Virus record (IMG/VR): IMGVR_UViG_3300046779_001841
Location: 96,001 to 160,000 of that record
DNA from: a virus
Lineage: Duplodnaviria > Caudoviricetes
Direction: 5' to 3' (one strand)
DNA length: 64,000 nt
Part shown: positions 1 to 8,974 of the stretch, in pieces
Layout: every line of letters starts with the position of its first letter
Numbering within the stretch: the stretch's first letter is position 1
Position numbers and translations under genes: made by a program
The notes under the pieces: generated by a model
Told to the model about the DNA's origin: nothing
The model's database searches: none
What the model saw: only the letters and a program-made list of their open reading frames with translations

Positions 1-80
1 TCAAAAAGACTGGGTGTTTACTAAAACACCAGTGGATTATGAAGAAGCATTATCTCTAGTTCAAAATTTAAAAAATACTT

Positions 81-308
81 TTATTGATCTTTATTAATAT
101 TTGGTGCGGTATGCACATTTTGAGATAAATGCCAATTCGCTTTTCTTCTTGGATCTATAAATAGTCTGGCATTAAAAAATGCCATTACTCTACGAAAATT
201 CTCTTCTTCTACTGGTTTTGATGTTCCACCATACGGACACGATAGTAAAAATATAAAATCAGAATTTCTTCTTACATCATTAGAAGACATCTCAAAGTGA
301 AATAACAT
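81..308 (-). CDS. small protein, tandem paralog family A (LLSS...N-x-R-R/K...F..R...W)
   Basis: 75 aa; shares FLLS, ENFRR, F..R and W motifs with six neighbours; overlaps the adjacent gene. Confidence 0.7.
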   Translation of the reverse strand: MLFHFEMSSNDVRRNSDFIFLLSCPYGGTSKPVEEENFRRVMAFFNARLFIDPRRKANWHLSQNVHTAPNINKDQ

Positions 309-555
309 CTTTTTTACTCACTTTTGGTGCTAGATATACACTATTTGTATTTTTCCATGTAGATTTCACTAAACTTCTTATACTCAATATCGTGATGCTC
401 TTTCTTAGATTTTCTTCTTCTATATATACTGCACTACTCTTTATTCTTTTCTCATCTCTCAATGAATAATTTGATGACAATAAACAAGTCTTTATAGTAG
501 TATGTGCAACATCATTACAATCTGCTATCAAAAATCCAATCGGATGATTATTCAT
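292..555 (-). CDS. small protein, paralog family A
   Basis: 87 aa; TCLLSS, ENLRKS, IRSL, TW motifs; ATGA-type overlap. Confidence 0.75.
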   Translation of the reverse strand: MNNHPIGFLIADCNDVAHTTIKTCLLSSNYSLRDEKRIKSSAVYIEEENLRKSITILSIRSLVKSTWKNTNSVYLAPKVSKKDVISL

Positions 556-812
556 TTATTTACTCTACCTATATAGACATCATTAGAATTTATCCATGTG
601 TTTTTAGCTAAAGATCTTACACTAAACAAAGTTAAAAGTTGTCTATTATTCTCACTATTTTGTTTATATAAATAACGACCTTGACCTTTTAAATCATCTC
701 TTCTATCATTTCTTGGACTTAATAAAGTTGTAGATAAAAGACTTGTACCTTGCACTGCATGATATACATCATTTGATTCTAATAGAAGAAAAGCTATCAT
801 ATTATTCGCCAT
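552..812 (-). CDS. small protein, paralog family A
   Basis: start moved from 839 to MANNM at 812 by alignment with paralogs; TSLLS, VRSL, TWIN motifs. Confidence 0.7.
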   Translation of the reverse strand: MANNMIAFLLLESNDVYHAVQGTSLLSTTLLSPRNDRRDDLKGQGRYLYKQNSENNRQLLTLFSVRSLAKNTWINSNDVYIGRVNK

Positions 813-1059
813 TCTTTTCAAGAAATACATCACTATCATTTATCCAAGTAGGTTTTGGCAAACACCTTGCACTGAATAATCCTATTGTCTTTCTTATATT
901 ATCTATATTCTCACTATAGATAAAGATTCCCAGTCCTTTTAATAATCCCCGCCTATCATCTCTTGGATATATTAATGGTGAAGATAAAAGACTTGTACCT
1001 TGTCTTGCATGGAAGATATTATTCGCATCACACAAGAAAAAAGCTATTTGACTATACAT
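802..1059 (-). CDS. small protein, paralog family A
   Basis: 85 aa; closest to 552..812 (QGTSLLS, PRDDRR, TWIN). Confidence 0.75.
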   Translation of the reverse strand: MYSQIAFFLCDANNIFHARQGTSLLSSPLIYPRDDRRGLLKGLGIFIYSENIDNIRKTIGLFSARCLPKPTWINDSDVFLEKNGE

Positions 1060-1340
1060 ATTTGTTCTTTCTTTGGATCAAAATACAAGTTGGATGTTAT
1101 TGCCCAATTCTTTTTATTTCTTGAATCTATTATACATCCTGATCTACAAGTATAAAATGCTATTGCTCTTCTAAAGTTATTCTCATATATATCTCTGTTT
1201 CTAGCTATATATAGATCCACGCTCTCTCTAAAATTATTTTCATCTACTCTTAAACTTAGACTAGACATAAAATAGATAAAACTATCATTCATATCTAAAG
1301 TGTTTGAATTATTACCAAACCAACATATCATTTTTTTCAC
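1044..1340 (-). CDS. small protein, paralog family A, with internal ENNFR duplication
   Basis: MICWF start also seen at 42399 and 42622; ENNFR occurs twice. Confidence 0.7.
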   Translation of the reverse strand: MKKMICWFGNNSNTLDMNDSFIYFMSSLSLRVDENNFRESVDLYIARNRDIYENNFRRAIAFYTCRSGCIIDSRNKKNWAITSNLYFDPKKEQICIVK

Positions 1341-1548
1341 TCACTATAAAAGTATCTGGATCATTTATCCAAGTATGCTTTGGTAAAGATCTTATACTAA
1401 ATAACACTACAGACTTTCTTATATTATTCTTAGCTATATAGAATCCACCATATTTTGACAAACTATTTTGTGACAACAAACAAGTTATTCGACTAGCTTC
1501 AGACATATTATTCGCATTCGCTGATAAATAACATACATGATCATTCAT
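1312..1548 (-). CDS. small protein, paralog family A
   Basis: 78 aa; TCLLS, NNIRKS, IRSLPKHTWIN. Confidence 0.75.
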   Translation of the reverse strand: MNDHVCYLSANANNMSEASRITCLLSQNSLSKYGGFYIAKNNIRKSVVLFSIRSLPKHTWINDPDTFIVSEKNDMLVW

Positions 1549-1759
1549 TTTCTTTTCCTATACAGACATCACAATCATTCATCCATGTATGTTTTGAAAC
1601 TGAACGAACAATAAATAATGACAATATCTTTCTTAGATTTTCTTTATAGACAGGTATTCCATGCAAACTAGCATATGTTGATGATAATATAGATGTGTTT
1701 TGTGAAAATTCACTAACATTATTACCATTACTATAATGGTAACCTATCTGCTCTTTCAT
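1541..1759 (-). CDS. small protein, paralog family A
   Basis: 72 aa; TSILSS, ENLRK, VRSVSKHTWMN; ATGA overlap with the methyltransferase stop. Confidence 0.75.
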   Translation of the reverse strand: MKEQIGYHYSNGNNVSEFSQNTSILSSTYASLHGIPVYKENLRKILSLFIVRSVSKHTWMNDCDVCIGKENE

Positions 1760-3315
1760 TCTTTCAAAAATCCATGTTCATATACCCCAGGTCTTAACTT
1801 ATCTGCTAATGCTTTATGCAAATCTTTTAACTTCTTAAAATCATCTTTATATTCATCTTCCCAAAATCCTTTTAACTGATACCATCCACAATCCCAACAA
1901 TTTAATTGTAACTGTGGATTCGCACTAGCATATGCTTCTCTCTTGTCTAATGACTTAACCCATAATTCAGTCGCATGAACTAATAAATCCACTGCTTCCT
2001 GACTTAATGTCAAATCTCCTATCAAAGTCGCTACATACGATTCTTCATAATGCTTCTCAAAATCTGCATATACCACTGGACACTTTTCTTTTAATAATCC
2101 TTTAATGCCATATCTTTCTAACCAAAAGAAATGATTCTTAATCTGCCAAATCTCTCCACCCCAAGATACATCTCTCATGCTTGTACAATTATTCTTCGTT
2201 TCAAATATACTGTATATATGACAATCATCCACCCATTGTTCATATCCTTCTTTTCTTTCCATTGGCTGTTTATGCTTTCCATTCTCATCTAACCACTTTT
2301 GTGTGAATGGTATTATAGGATGATCTACATATTCTATTTCCTTTGGTGGTGCTTTCTTAATCGGACCCGTCTTTTCTCTTTCTTTAATCTTTAACCCACT
2401 TGTCATGATTGGATACTCATATATTTCCATATCTTTGATTGGTTCTCTTACCCACTCACTCGCTGATTTATGATTATCGCAATTATAAATCTGTTTCCAT
2501 CCATAATGACTTGTATCTTCATTCTTAATTTCTATCTTCGGTTCTTTCTTTGTCTTTCCTTCACTCCAAATTGTAAATCCCACACCCCACTCTGATGATA
2601 CTCCACTAAATGCACTCGCATTAAAGAAAAACCCAGACTTAAATTCAAAATGATTGTAATACCATTCTCTAAACTTTTTTGCAGTTTCTTGTATCATAAA
2701 CTTAATCGGTGAAAAGAAACATAAACTAATCTTCTTATATCCAAAATATTTCGCTTGTCTTACACACTCAAATATAAATTGAAAATATAAATTCGATCTG
2801 CACGCTCCTAAATGCAACATCTTCTCTTTCACTAAGGTATCACTCACACCTTCTTTGTTTTCTTCATCATCTGCCAATGTCCCAGCGGCCGCATAAGGTG
2901 GATTCATAAAAAATACCAACCTTTTATTTTCTCTTGCACCTTTTGTCAATTTGTCTTGCACTGCATCTGGTATCGCATTTTCTGCATCACCTAAACTAAA
3001 TAAACATCCATCTGTATCACTTGGATTTAAAAAGTCATATTTAAATGCTTGGGTCAAACCTTGTTTATGCAATAAATCTACTTCTGGTTGCTCTAATGTT
3101 GATACTATCAAATTTGTAAATTCATAATCTCTAATCAAATTTCCTGTTCCAGAACAACAATCCCATACGATACATTCTTCTCTCCAATTTCCACCTAAGG
3201 TCTGTTCAATCAATTTGTGTGATTCATCCGCCCAAATCTTTGGTGTAAAAAATGCACCTTGTCTGGATCTAATTTCATTTTCTAATGTTTCATCATATCT
3301 TTGATGTTCACTCAT
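1756..3315 (-). CDS. N6-adenine DNA methyltransferase (orphan)
   Basis: GAFFTP, motif I WDCCSGTG and catalytic motif IV NPPY in gamma-class order. Confidence 0.85.
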   Translation of the reverse strand: MSEHQRYDETLENEIRSRQGAFFTPKIWADESHKLIEQTLGGNWREECIVWDCCSGTGNLIRDYEFTNLIVSTLEQPEVDLLHKQGLTQAFKYDFLNPSDTDGCLFSLGDAENAIPDAVQDKLTKGARENKRLVFFMNPPYAAAGTLADDEENKEGVSDTLVKEKMLHLGACRSNLYFQFIFECVRQAKYFGYKKISLCFFSPIKFMIQETAKKFREWYYNHFEFKSGFFFNASAFSGVSSEWGVGFTIWSEGKTKKEPKIEIKNEDTSHYGWKQIYNCDNHKSASEWVREPIKDMEIYEYPIMTSGLKIKEREKTGPIKKAPPKEIEYVDHPIIPFTQKWLDENGKHKQPMERKEGYEQWVDDCHIYSIFETKNNCTSMRDVSWGGEIWQIKNHFFWLERYGIKGLLKEKCPVVYADFEKHYEESYVATLIGDLTLSQEAVDLLVHATELWVKSLDKREAYASANPQLQLNCWDCGWYQLKGFWEDEYKDDFKKLKDLHKALADKLRPGVYEHGFLKE

Positions 3316-3374
3316 TCGTAATCTACCTTTTAGTTTATATCGTAAAGATTTTACAAATTCTCTTATAGTTTATA

Positions 3375-3647
3375 TTAAAAATATCTTCCCACTTCTTTTA
3401 ATAATTCTCCTATCGTCTTTTTTGTCAATTTAACATCTATCAATTTACCATTCTTTAAACACACATACAACTTATCATTCAATTCATCTTTCTTATCTAA
3501 AATTAGTTCCGCTTTATCATTCCAAATATATATCTTTCCTCTTTCTTCACACACCATCATCTTATTCATTTCTATACAATGCTTTTTGATACGATCATAT
3601 AATATTCTTCTTGGTGTGTGAAATGCCAGTAAATATACATCATACAT
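3375..3647 (-). CDS. hypothetical protein
   Basis: 90-aa ORF in a coupled minus-strand run. Confidence 0.6.
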   Translation of the reverse strand: MYDVYLLAFHTPRRILYDRIKKHCIEMNKMMVCEERGKIYIWNDKAELILDKKDELNDKLYVCLKNGKLIDVKLTKKTIGELLKEVGRYF

Positions 3648-4257
3648 TTTTACAAAACATCCTTAATGCACATGGTCTTAACTTCTTACCTTTATACTCA
3701 CCTCCATCACATATTGCCATTGGCAATTTACCATATCCTCCATAACAACCTCCTTCTTCTGACCCATAATATCCACCCATATCTTTGATCGCTTGATTTA
3801 ACACCATCAATCCTTTTAATGCCACCTGATTCTTTAAATGCTTTTCCTCTATCGTTTCATCTTCTTGCAGATCCGTCTTAGATACAACTTCAGGTAAAAC
3901 TACATCCACTACAATTTTTTCTTCTATCGTTTCATCTTCTTGCTTCTCATTCATAACAACTTCAGTTTCAAATAAACTCTCTTGCACTGATGGTTTGCCC
4001 CAATGTAGTGGCTTTGGTACAGTCAATATTCCTTTCTTCTTTAACTCATATACCACTGATGATAAATTATTCGTAAATACTGATACTCCTCTATCATATA
4101 CTCCCCAATAATTCTCATCACTCACTCCTAACCTAGATAACACTAGACTTTTCCCTTCTCTTGTTGAATGTAACATCTTCCCTTCTGGTAATTCTAATAT
4201 CACTTGTGTTAAAATTACTTTTAAGGTCTTTCTTAAATCTTTCGCTTCACAGATCAT
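3640..4257 (-). CDS. Mrr_N-like winged-helix protein with C-terminal 4-Cys motif
   Basis: N-terminus resembles Mrr N-terminal domains (from memory); QEDETIEEK duplicated; GCYG.Y...C...C.L..FC; paralog of 8975..9781. Confidence 0.5.
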   Translation of the reverse strand: MICEAKDLRKTLKVILTQVILELPEGKMLHSTREGKSLVLSRLGVSDENYWGVYDRGVSVFTNNLSSVVYELKKKGILTVPKPLHWGKPSVQESLFETEVVMNEKQEDETIEEKIVVDVVLPEVVSKTDLQEDETIEEKHLKNQVALKGLMVLNQAIKDMGGYYGSEEGGCYGGYGKLPMAICDGGEYKGKKLRPCALRMFCKNV

Positions 4258-4270
4258 TTCTTTTCTCCTA

Positions 4271-4873
4271 TCATCTAAATATCACTAACTTTTGTAACGG
4301 TATCTTCTTTATCTTTCCTGCAGAATCTTCCACTATTGCTACATAACAACAATATTGCTTATATACACTCTGCACTGATAACACTCGCAATAATTCTTCT
4401 CTTTTACTATCTCTTATATCAAATACAAAATATATTTCTTCACTTTCATTCTCATACTCACTCAATAAACTATTATTCTCTATCAATCCTTTAAACATAT
4501 TGTCATACTCTCCTACCTCTGGTATCCTACCTATTATCAAATACTCTTTCGCTTTCGTTATCGTATATATATTATAATCACTTGACATGATATAATGCAC
4601 TTCCGATAACCCAAGTAAATTGTCTTTCTCTACATAATAACATTCTTCATTTATTCCTATTATCTTCACTGGATGCAAAAATCCCATCTCTCCTATTCCT
4701 ACCATATATTTCTTTTTCTGCCTTTCTTCAAATATCTCTTTTAATTCCAAATATCCTTGTTTTCCTATATACTGCTCTACTTCACTTTCTCTTATCTTAA
4801 ACAAATTATCTGATCTATAATCTAATGGTACATTTAAACTCTTTAATAATCCAAAATATGTTTGCTCTATCAT
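4271..4873 (-). CDS. hypothetical protein, paralog of 4886..5449
   Basis: shared E.E.E.Y.G..G, PV and RIP..GE.D motifs. Confidence 0.65.
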   Translation of the reverse strand: MIEQTYFGLLKSLNVPLDYRSDNLFKIRESEVEQYIGKQGYLELKEIFEERQKKKYMVGIGEMGFLHPVKIIGINEECYYVEKDNLLGLSEVHYIMSSDYNIYTITKAKEYLIIGRIPEVGEYDNMFKGLIENNSLLSEYENESEEIYFVFDIRDSKREELLRVLSVQSVYKQYCCYVAIVEDSAGKIKKIPLQKLVIFR

Positions 4874-4885
4874 TTTTCCTATCCT

Positions 4886-5449
4886 TTAACTTATGGTTTC
4901 CATTTCGCATGGATTATAATACATTATTTCACCATTGTCTTTTTTTCTTAATACTATTTTTATTCTATTCGTTTCTACTCCTAGATACTCATATTTCTCT
5001 TTTATTGTTTCTCCTACACTCCAGCTTATTTCTATCTTCTTTAAACTCTTATCATTCGCTTCTCTATACCTATTATATGTATCTATTTCTCCAGGTAATG
5101 GTATTCTCTTCTTTATTTCTTTTTCACTCACTCGCATTAAATCATATTTCTTGCCTAGCAACACTAGATAACTACTCACTCCTATTTTATCATACTTCTC
5201 TTCACTCGATCTTATTAATAGTCCCTTTCCTTTTCTATTTACTCGCACTGGTTGTATCTCATGATAACCTTCATTCATTATATATTTTTCTACCAACATA
5301 TCTGTATGTTCTCTATATAACCTTTTCCCTTCTGCTCCTAAATACATCTCTATTTCTTTTTCTGTTAATTCACCCACTAGACCATCTGATACATTCTCTA
5401 TTGACATCAGTCCCATAGACCTTCTTATCATATTTACTAATTCTACCAT
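4886..5449 (-). CDS. hypothetical protein, paralog of 4271..4873
   Basis: shared E.E.E.Y.G..G, PV and RIP..GE.D motifs. Confidence 0.65.
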   Translation of the reverse strand: MVELVNMIRRSMGLMSIENVSDGLVGELTEKEIEMYLGAEGKRLYREHTDMLVEKYIMNEGYHEIQPVRVNRKGKGLLIRSSEEKYDKIGVSSYLVLLGKKYDLMRVSEKEIKKRIPLPGEIDTYNRYREANDKSLKKIEISWSVGETIKEKYEYLGVETNRIKIVLRKKDNGEIMYYNPCEMETIS

Positions 5450-5973
5450 TTTAATCCATTCAATCCATCAATTTCTATTTCATACTTTGTTTCATCACAA
5501 CACACTCTTACCCACTTGCCACATTCCAATCCTAATTTACTCTTGATCAAATCTTTTACTCTTGTTACCATTCCTTTTGGTCTAAATTCTTCATCTAGCT
5601 TTCCACTTTCAATTTTACCATTAATGTAAATCTTGCCAGTGTTCTTATCTCTTAACAATCCTTGCATAGTTGGATGATACTCAATATGATCTTCTACTAT
5701 CTTGTCTTGATTTTCACCTTTACTACTTTGCAATAATGATGTTCTCAATCCTTTTCTTCCAAAGGTTTCACCTACTATTGCATCATGCACATCATTCATG
5801 TTTGCCTTTAATCCAGACTTATTTACTAAAGACACTGCAACATCTAATGATACCTTGTCTAAAAAGTTATCTAGTCTTTCTAAATCTTTTACACAATCTG
5901 CTTTATAGTCATTATCTAATCTTACTACTAAAACATTATTGGTGGCTTTGTCTTTTAATCTTGCTACGATCAT
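5443..5973 (-). CDS. hypothetical protein, paralog of 6660..7184
   Basis: shared D..DA..G...GR.GL.TS..QS and E.HP...G motifs; behind a 49-bp element. Confidence 0.75.
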   Translation of the reverse strand: MIVARLKDKATNNVLVVRLDNDYKADCVKDLERLDNFLDKVSLDVAVSLVNKSGLKANMNDVHDAIVGETFGRKGLRTSLLQSSKGENQDKIVEDHIEYHPTMQGLLRDKNTGKIYINGKIESGKLDEEFRPKGMVTRVKDLIKSKLGLECGKWVRVCCDETKYEIEIDGLNGLKW

Positions 5974-6006
5974 CTTTATTTTCCTTTTTTTGAAAAATGG
6001 TTTCTT

Positions 6007-6055
6007 GTCATTCCTGACATATAGATAACACTTGCCATTATGCTATCTTTGCAAC
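6007..6055 (-). promoter_or_regulatory. 49-bp conserved promoter/operator element
   Basis: GTTGCAAAG..AGC-N8-AAGTGTTAT-N4-ATGTC...AATGAC consensus on the minus strand. Confidence 0.8.
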
Positions 6056-6070
6056 CAATCTAAAAAAAAT

Positions 6071-6316
6071 TATAGTTTCATTTTCGATCTCATTTTTTCC
6101 CAATACAAAAAATCCTAGAAATCACTTTTTTAGAAAGTCAAAAAGAAAAAACCTTTTAAAAGTCGCTTAACTTTTTGATCTTAACTATGGTTTCATTTTC
6201 GATCTCATTTTTTCCCAATATAAAAAATTCTAGGAATCACTTTTCTGGATTTCCAAAAAGAAAAAACCTTTTAAAAGTCGCTTAAATTTTTGCCTTAAAC
6301 TATAGTTTCATTTTCA
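6071..6316. repeat. 115-bp tandem repeat, two full units and one partial; origin-like locus
   Basis: TAT(A/G)GTTTCATTTTC begins at 6071, 6186 and 6301; units share GATCTCATTTTTTCCCAATA and CCTTTTAAAAGTCGCTTAA. Confidence 0.9.
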
Positions 6317-6417
6317 GGATGCCATTTTCAATACGCTTTCAATATGGCTTTTTTGGCCTAGTATCTTTAAAAGCAGTCTTTTATCGAGCATTTCTACAAT
6401 AGAGAAATCGCACCTTG

Positions 6418-6660
6418 TTAAACAGACAAGTTTTGAAATTTGAAGAAATGATTGAGATAAGAAATTTGATTTGGATTGAGATTAGAATTTTTAAGCATGG
6501 TGCAGGTTTCAACCAAAGAAAGAAAATCTTTATTCATAAGATTTAAGATCAAGTGATTAAAGATCTTGAGATCATCATCATGCTTAAAAGTAAAGAAATG
6601 AGAAAAGTCGTTATTGGTATAAGTGAAGCCAGCTAGATAAACAAACATAGAAACACACAC
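6418..6660 (-). CDS. hypothetical protein
   Basis: 80-aa ORF abutting 6660..7184. Confidence 0.5.
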   Translation of the reverse strand: MCVSMFVYLAGFTYTNNDFSHFFTFKHDDDLKIFNHLILNLMNKDFLSLVETCTMLKNSNLNPNQISYLNHFFKFQNLSV

Positions 6661-7184
6661 TAGACAATTTGGTAGGTATCAAGATTTTCAAGTTTATAGG
6701 TTCTGATTTTATCTTTCTCAAACTTGGCAACTTTAGAGATCATGTTTTTAAGTTGAACAACAACACCACTATTCACTGGTTTTTTAATTTCTGGATTTGG
6801 ATCTTTTTCTAAAATGGTTTCTTCAAGAAGAAGACCAGTGCAATAGAAGTCACCAGATTTAACAGAAACCTTAACACCAGCAATACTAGGATGATTTTCA
6901 TAGATACTATTTTTATTTGTATCTTCAAGTAAGGAAGATTGGAAGCTGGTAATTAAACCTGTTCTACCATGTTTAGTGCCTGTTAAAGCATCTTCACAAT
7001 CTTGAAGTGTGCAAGAAATATTATGTTGTGTTGCTAGATCAAGAACTTGATCTGGAGTAAAAGATTGTGCTTTGGCAAGATCATTTTCAATAATGGTCTT
7101 GTAATCAAAACCAAATTGAATTTTTACTTGAACCTTGTCTTTAGAAGAACCTGTTTTAGTAGTAGTAAATAATGCGGTAGTCAT
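6660..7184 (-). CDS. hypothetical protein, paralog of 5443..5973
   Basis: AAGGA RBS, 49-bp element upstream, shared motifs with the paralog. Confidence 0.8.
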   Translation of the reverse strand: MTTALFTTTKTGSSKDKVQVKIQFGFDYKTIIENDLAKAQSFTPDQVLDLATQHNISCTLQDCEDALTGTKHGRTGLITSFQSSLLEDTNKNSIYENHPSIAGVKVSVKSGDFYCTGLLLEETILEKDPNPEIKKPVNSGVVVQLKNMISKVAKFEKDKIRTYKLENLDTYQIV

Positions 7185-7217
7185 AGGTTTTTTTCCTTTT
7201 TTTGAATTTGGGTTTTA

Positions 7218-7266
7218 GTCATTACTGACATATAGATAACACTTGTCGAGTTGCTTTCTTTGCACC
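7218..7266 (-). promoter_or_regulatory. 49-bp element (GTGCAA variant)
   Basis: matches consensus. Confidence 0.8.
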
Positions 7267-7278
7267 AGAAAGCAAATA

Positions 7279-8802
7279 TTATTCAATATCTCTAATCTTC
7301 AAACCATTTGAGATATATGGTAGATGATCTAACTTTTTAACATTCTTATCAAACATCTTTTGAAATGCTTTGGCAATATCATTTGGATCAATAATGCTTT
7401 CTAAATCTAAGGTAGTGTTTTTATCAAAAGTGTTTTGATTAGATACTTGATTTTGATCATCATTAGCTTGATCATCACTATCTTGATCATCTTGATCATC
7501 ATCTTGATCATCATCATCTTGATCATCATCATCTTGATCATCATCACTGTTACTTGGATCTTGATCATCTTGATCATCATCATCTTGATCATCACTATCT
7601 TGATCATCACTATCTTGATCATCACTATCTTGATCATCATCTTGATCATCATCATCTTGATCATCATCTTGATCATCACTATCTTGATCATTATCATCTT
7701 GATCATCACTATCTTGATCATCATCTTGATCATCATCATCTTGATCATCATCTTGATCATCATCACTGTTACTTGGATCTTGATCATCTTGATCATCATC
7801 ACCACCTTTACCACCATTACAATCATCATTATCATCTTGGTTATCTTGATCTTGATCATCTTGTGGTGGATTATCTTTTGGTGGATTATCTTGTGGTGGA
7901 TTATCTTTTGGTTTATCTGCAGGCAATTCTAAAGTCATTAAGATTTGCATAGCAATAGTTAAAGGTAGATGTACAGTCTTTAAGATTTCTTTATCAAGAT
8001 CAGTTTTCTTTTTAAAAGTAGTATATTCTTTAATAGAAACTTGTAATTGTTTCCAAAGGTCTTTAACAGATAAAGCACATTCCCAAAGTCTAGGATAAAG
8101 AGTAGCATATTCATTAAAAACTCTAGCTTGAGATTTGGATTTGTGATCTTTACCTAAATCTCTAATCATGAGAGCAATAGCATTAGCAGGATTTTTACCC
8201 ATATCACCAGAAAGTCTTGATTTTGCTTCTAAATCATTCCAAACCCATTCTTGAATGGTATGAAATCTAACTGCACTTTCTGGATAGAGTTTAGACATCA
8301 TTTTTTCAAGTCTAATATCTGCACAAACATTAGCCCAAAGACCAAGAACTTTGAACAAGTTAAATTTCTTTTCTGTAAAATCTTTGAATACAGGAATAAT
8401 CTTTTGAGCAGTTTCACCAGTTAAAGGTGATCCAGCCATGTCACAAATAATGTGTCCAACTTCATGAGAACCACCACCAAGACCAACTGCTCTATCAATA
8501 GAAACAATTTGACTAGCTTCAACAGAAGGCAAGATCAATTTTACTTTATTACCACCACTCATTCTTTTAATATTAGCATGGTAATTTTCAAAAGTTTGAG
8601 AAAGATCACAATTTTTTAAATCATTTTGTGAATAGTAAAATCTTGAAACCATGTGACTAAGAGAAAGCACTGGAAAAAAAGCACCCACACCAAAAGTAGT
8701 ACCAGATCTAACAATTTCTACATTTTTTGTATCACACAATGCTTGAAAAGCACCTCTACCCATATCAAGAGTATCTACTTTATATTTTTGAATAGCAACC
8801 AT
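7279..8802 (-). CDS. HEXXH metallopeptidase-like protein with long Asp/Gln linker, resembling the N-terminal half of CobT-like VWA partners
   Basis: SHEVGH, then NVCADIRLE (cf. N..ED.RIE), then an acidic tract; start reset to ATG 8802 after AAAGGA RBS. Confidence 0.65.
   Translation of the reverse strand: MVAIQKYKVDTLDMGRGAFQALCDTKNVEIVRSGTTFGVGAFFPVLSLSHMVSRFYYSQNDLKNCDLSQTFENYHANIKRMSGGNKVKLILPSVEASQIVSIDRAVGLGGGSHEVGHIICDMAGSPLTGETAQKIIPVFKDFTEKKFNLFKVLGLWANVCADIRLEKMMSKLYPESAVRFHTIQEWVWNDLEAKSRLSGDMGKNPANAIALMIRDLGKDHKSKSQARVFNEYATLYPRLWECALSVKDLWKQLQVSIKEYTTFKKKTDLDKEILKTVHLPLTIAMQILMTLELPADKPKDNPPQDNPPKDNPPQDDQDQDNQDDNDDCNGGKGGDDDQDDQDPSNSDDDQDDDQDDDDQDDDQDSDDQDDNDQDSDDQDDDQDDDDQDDDQDSDDQDSDDQDSDDQDDDDQDDQDPSNSDDDQDDDDQDDDDQDDDQDDQDSDDQANDDQNQVSNQNTFDKNTTLDLESIIDPNDIAKAFQKMFDKNVKKLDHLPYISNGLKIRDIE
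7446..7912. repeat. coding low-complexity D/Q repeat (GATCAT/CATCTT units) and PKDNP/PQDNP repeats
   Basis: imperfect 3- to 15-bp tandem units that keep several frames open. Confidence 0.9.
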
Positions 8803-8824
8803 TTGGTTCGTCCTTTGTTTTGAA

Positions 8825-8873
8825 GTCATTATTGACAAATATATAACACTTATGCTTAAGCTATCTTTGCAAC
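8825..8873 (-). promoter_or_regulatory. 49-bp element
   Basis: matches consensus. Confidence 0.8.
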
Positions 8874-8902
8874 CAACATCAAAAAAACTTTTTTTAACAT
8901 TC

Positions 8903-8951
8903 GTTGCAAAGATAGCAACTCGATAAATGTTTATATCTTGTCTTAAACATA
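8903..8951 (+). promoter_or_regulatory. 49-bp element, degenerate 3' half
   Basis: GTTGCAAAGATAGC intact; AAATGTTTAT in place of AAGTGTTAT; no GTC-N6-GAC. Confidence 0.6.
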
Positions 8952-8974
8952 ACACGATTCAAAGGACGAACCAA

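Noticed and set aside
81-1759. Diversity-generating retroelement
   Set aside because: No reverse transcriptase in the window and no template/variable repeat pair differing only at adenines; copies differ at all bases and by indels.
6071-6316. Possible CRISPR array
   Set aside because: Whole 115-bp units are repeated with no unique spacers; no cas genes. The 49-bp elements are dispersed and separated by genes, not spacers.
7407-7952. Three extra ORFs (poly-I/M/K, poly-I/L, poly-H/L/D) over the acidic repeat
   Set aside because: Stop-free alternative frames of the GAT/CAT/CAA repeat; no RBS; low complexity.
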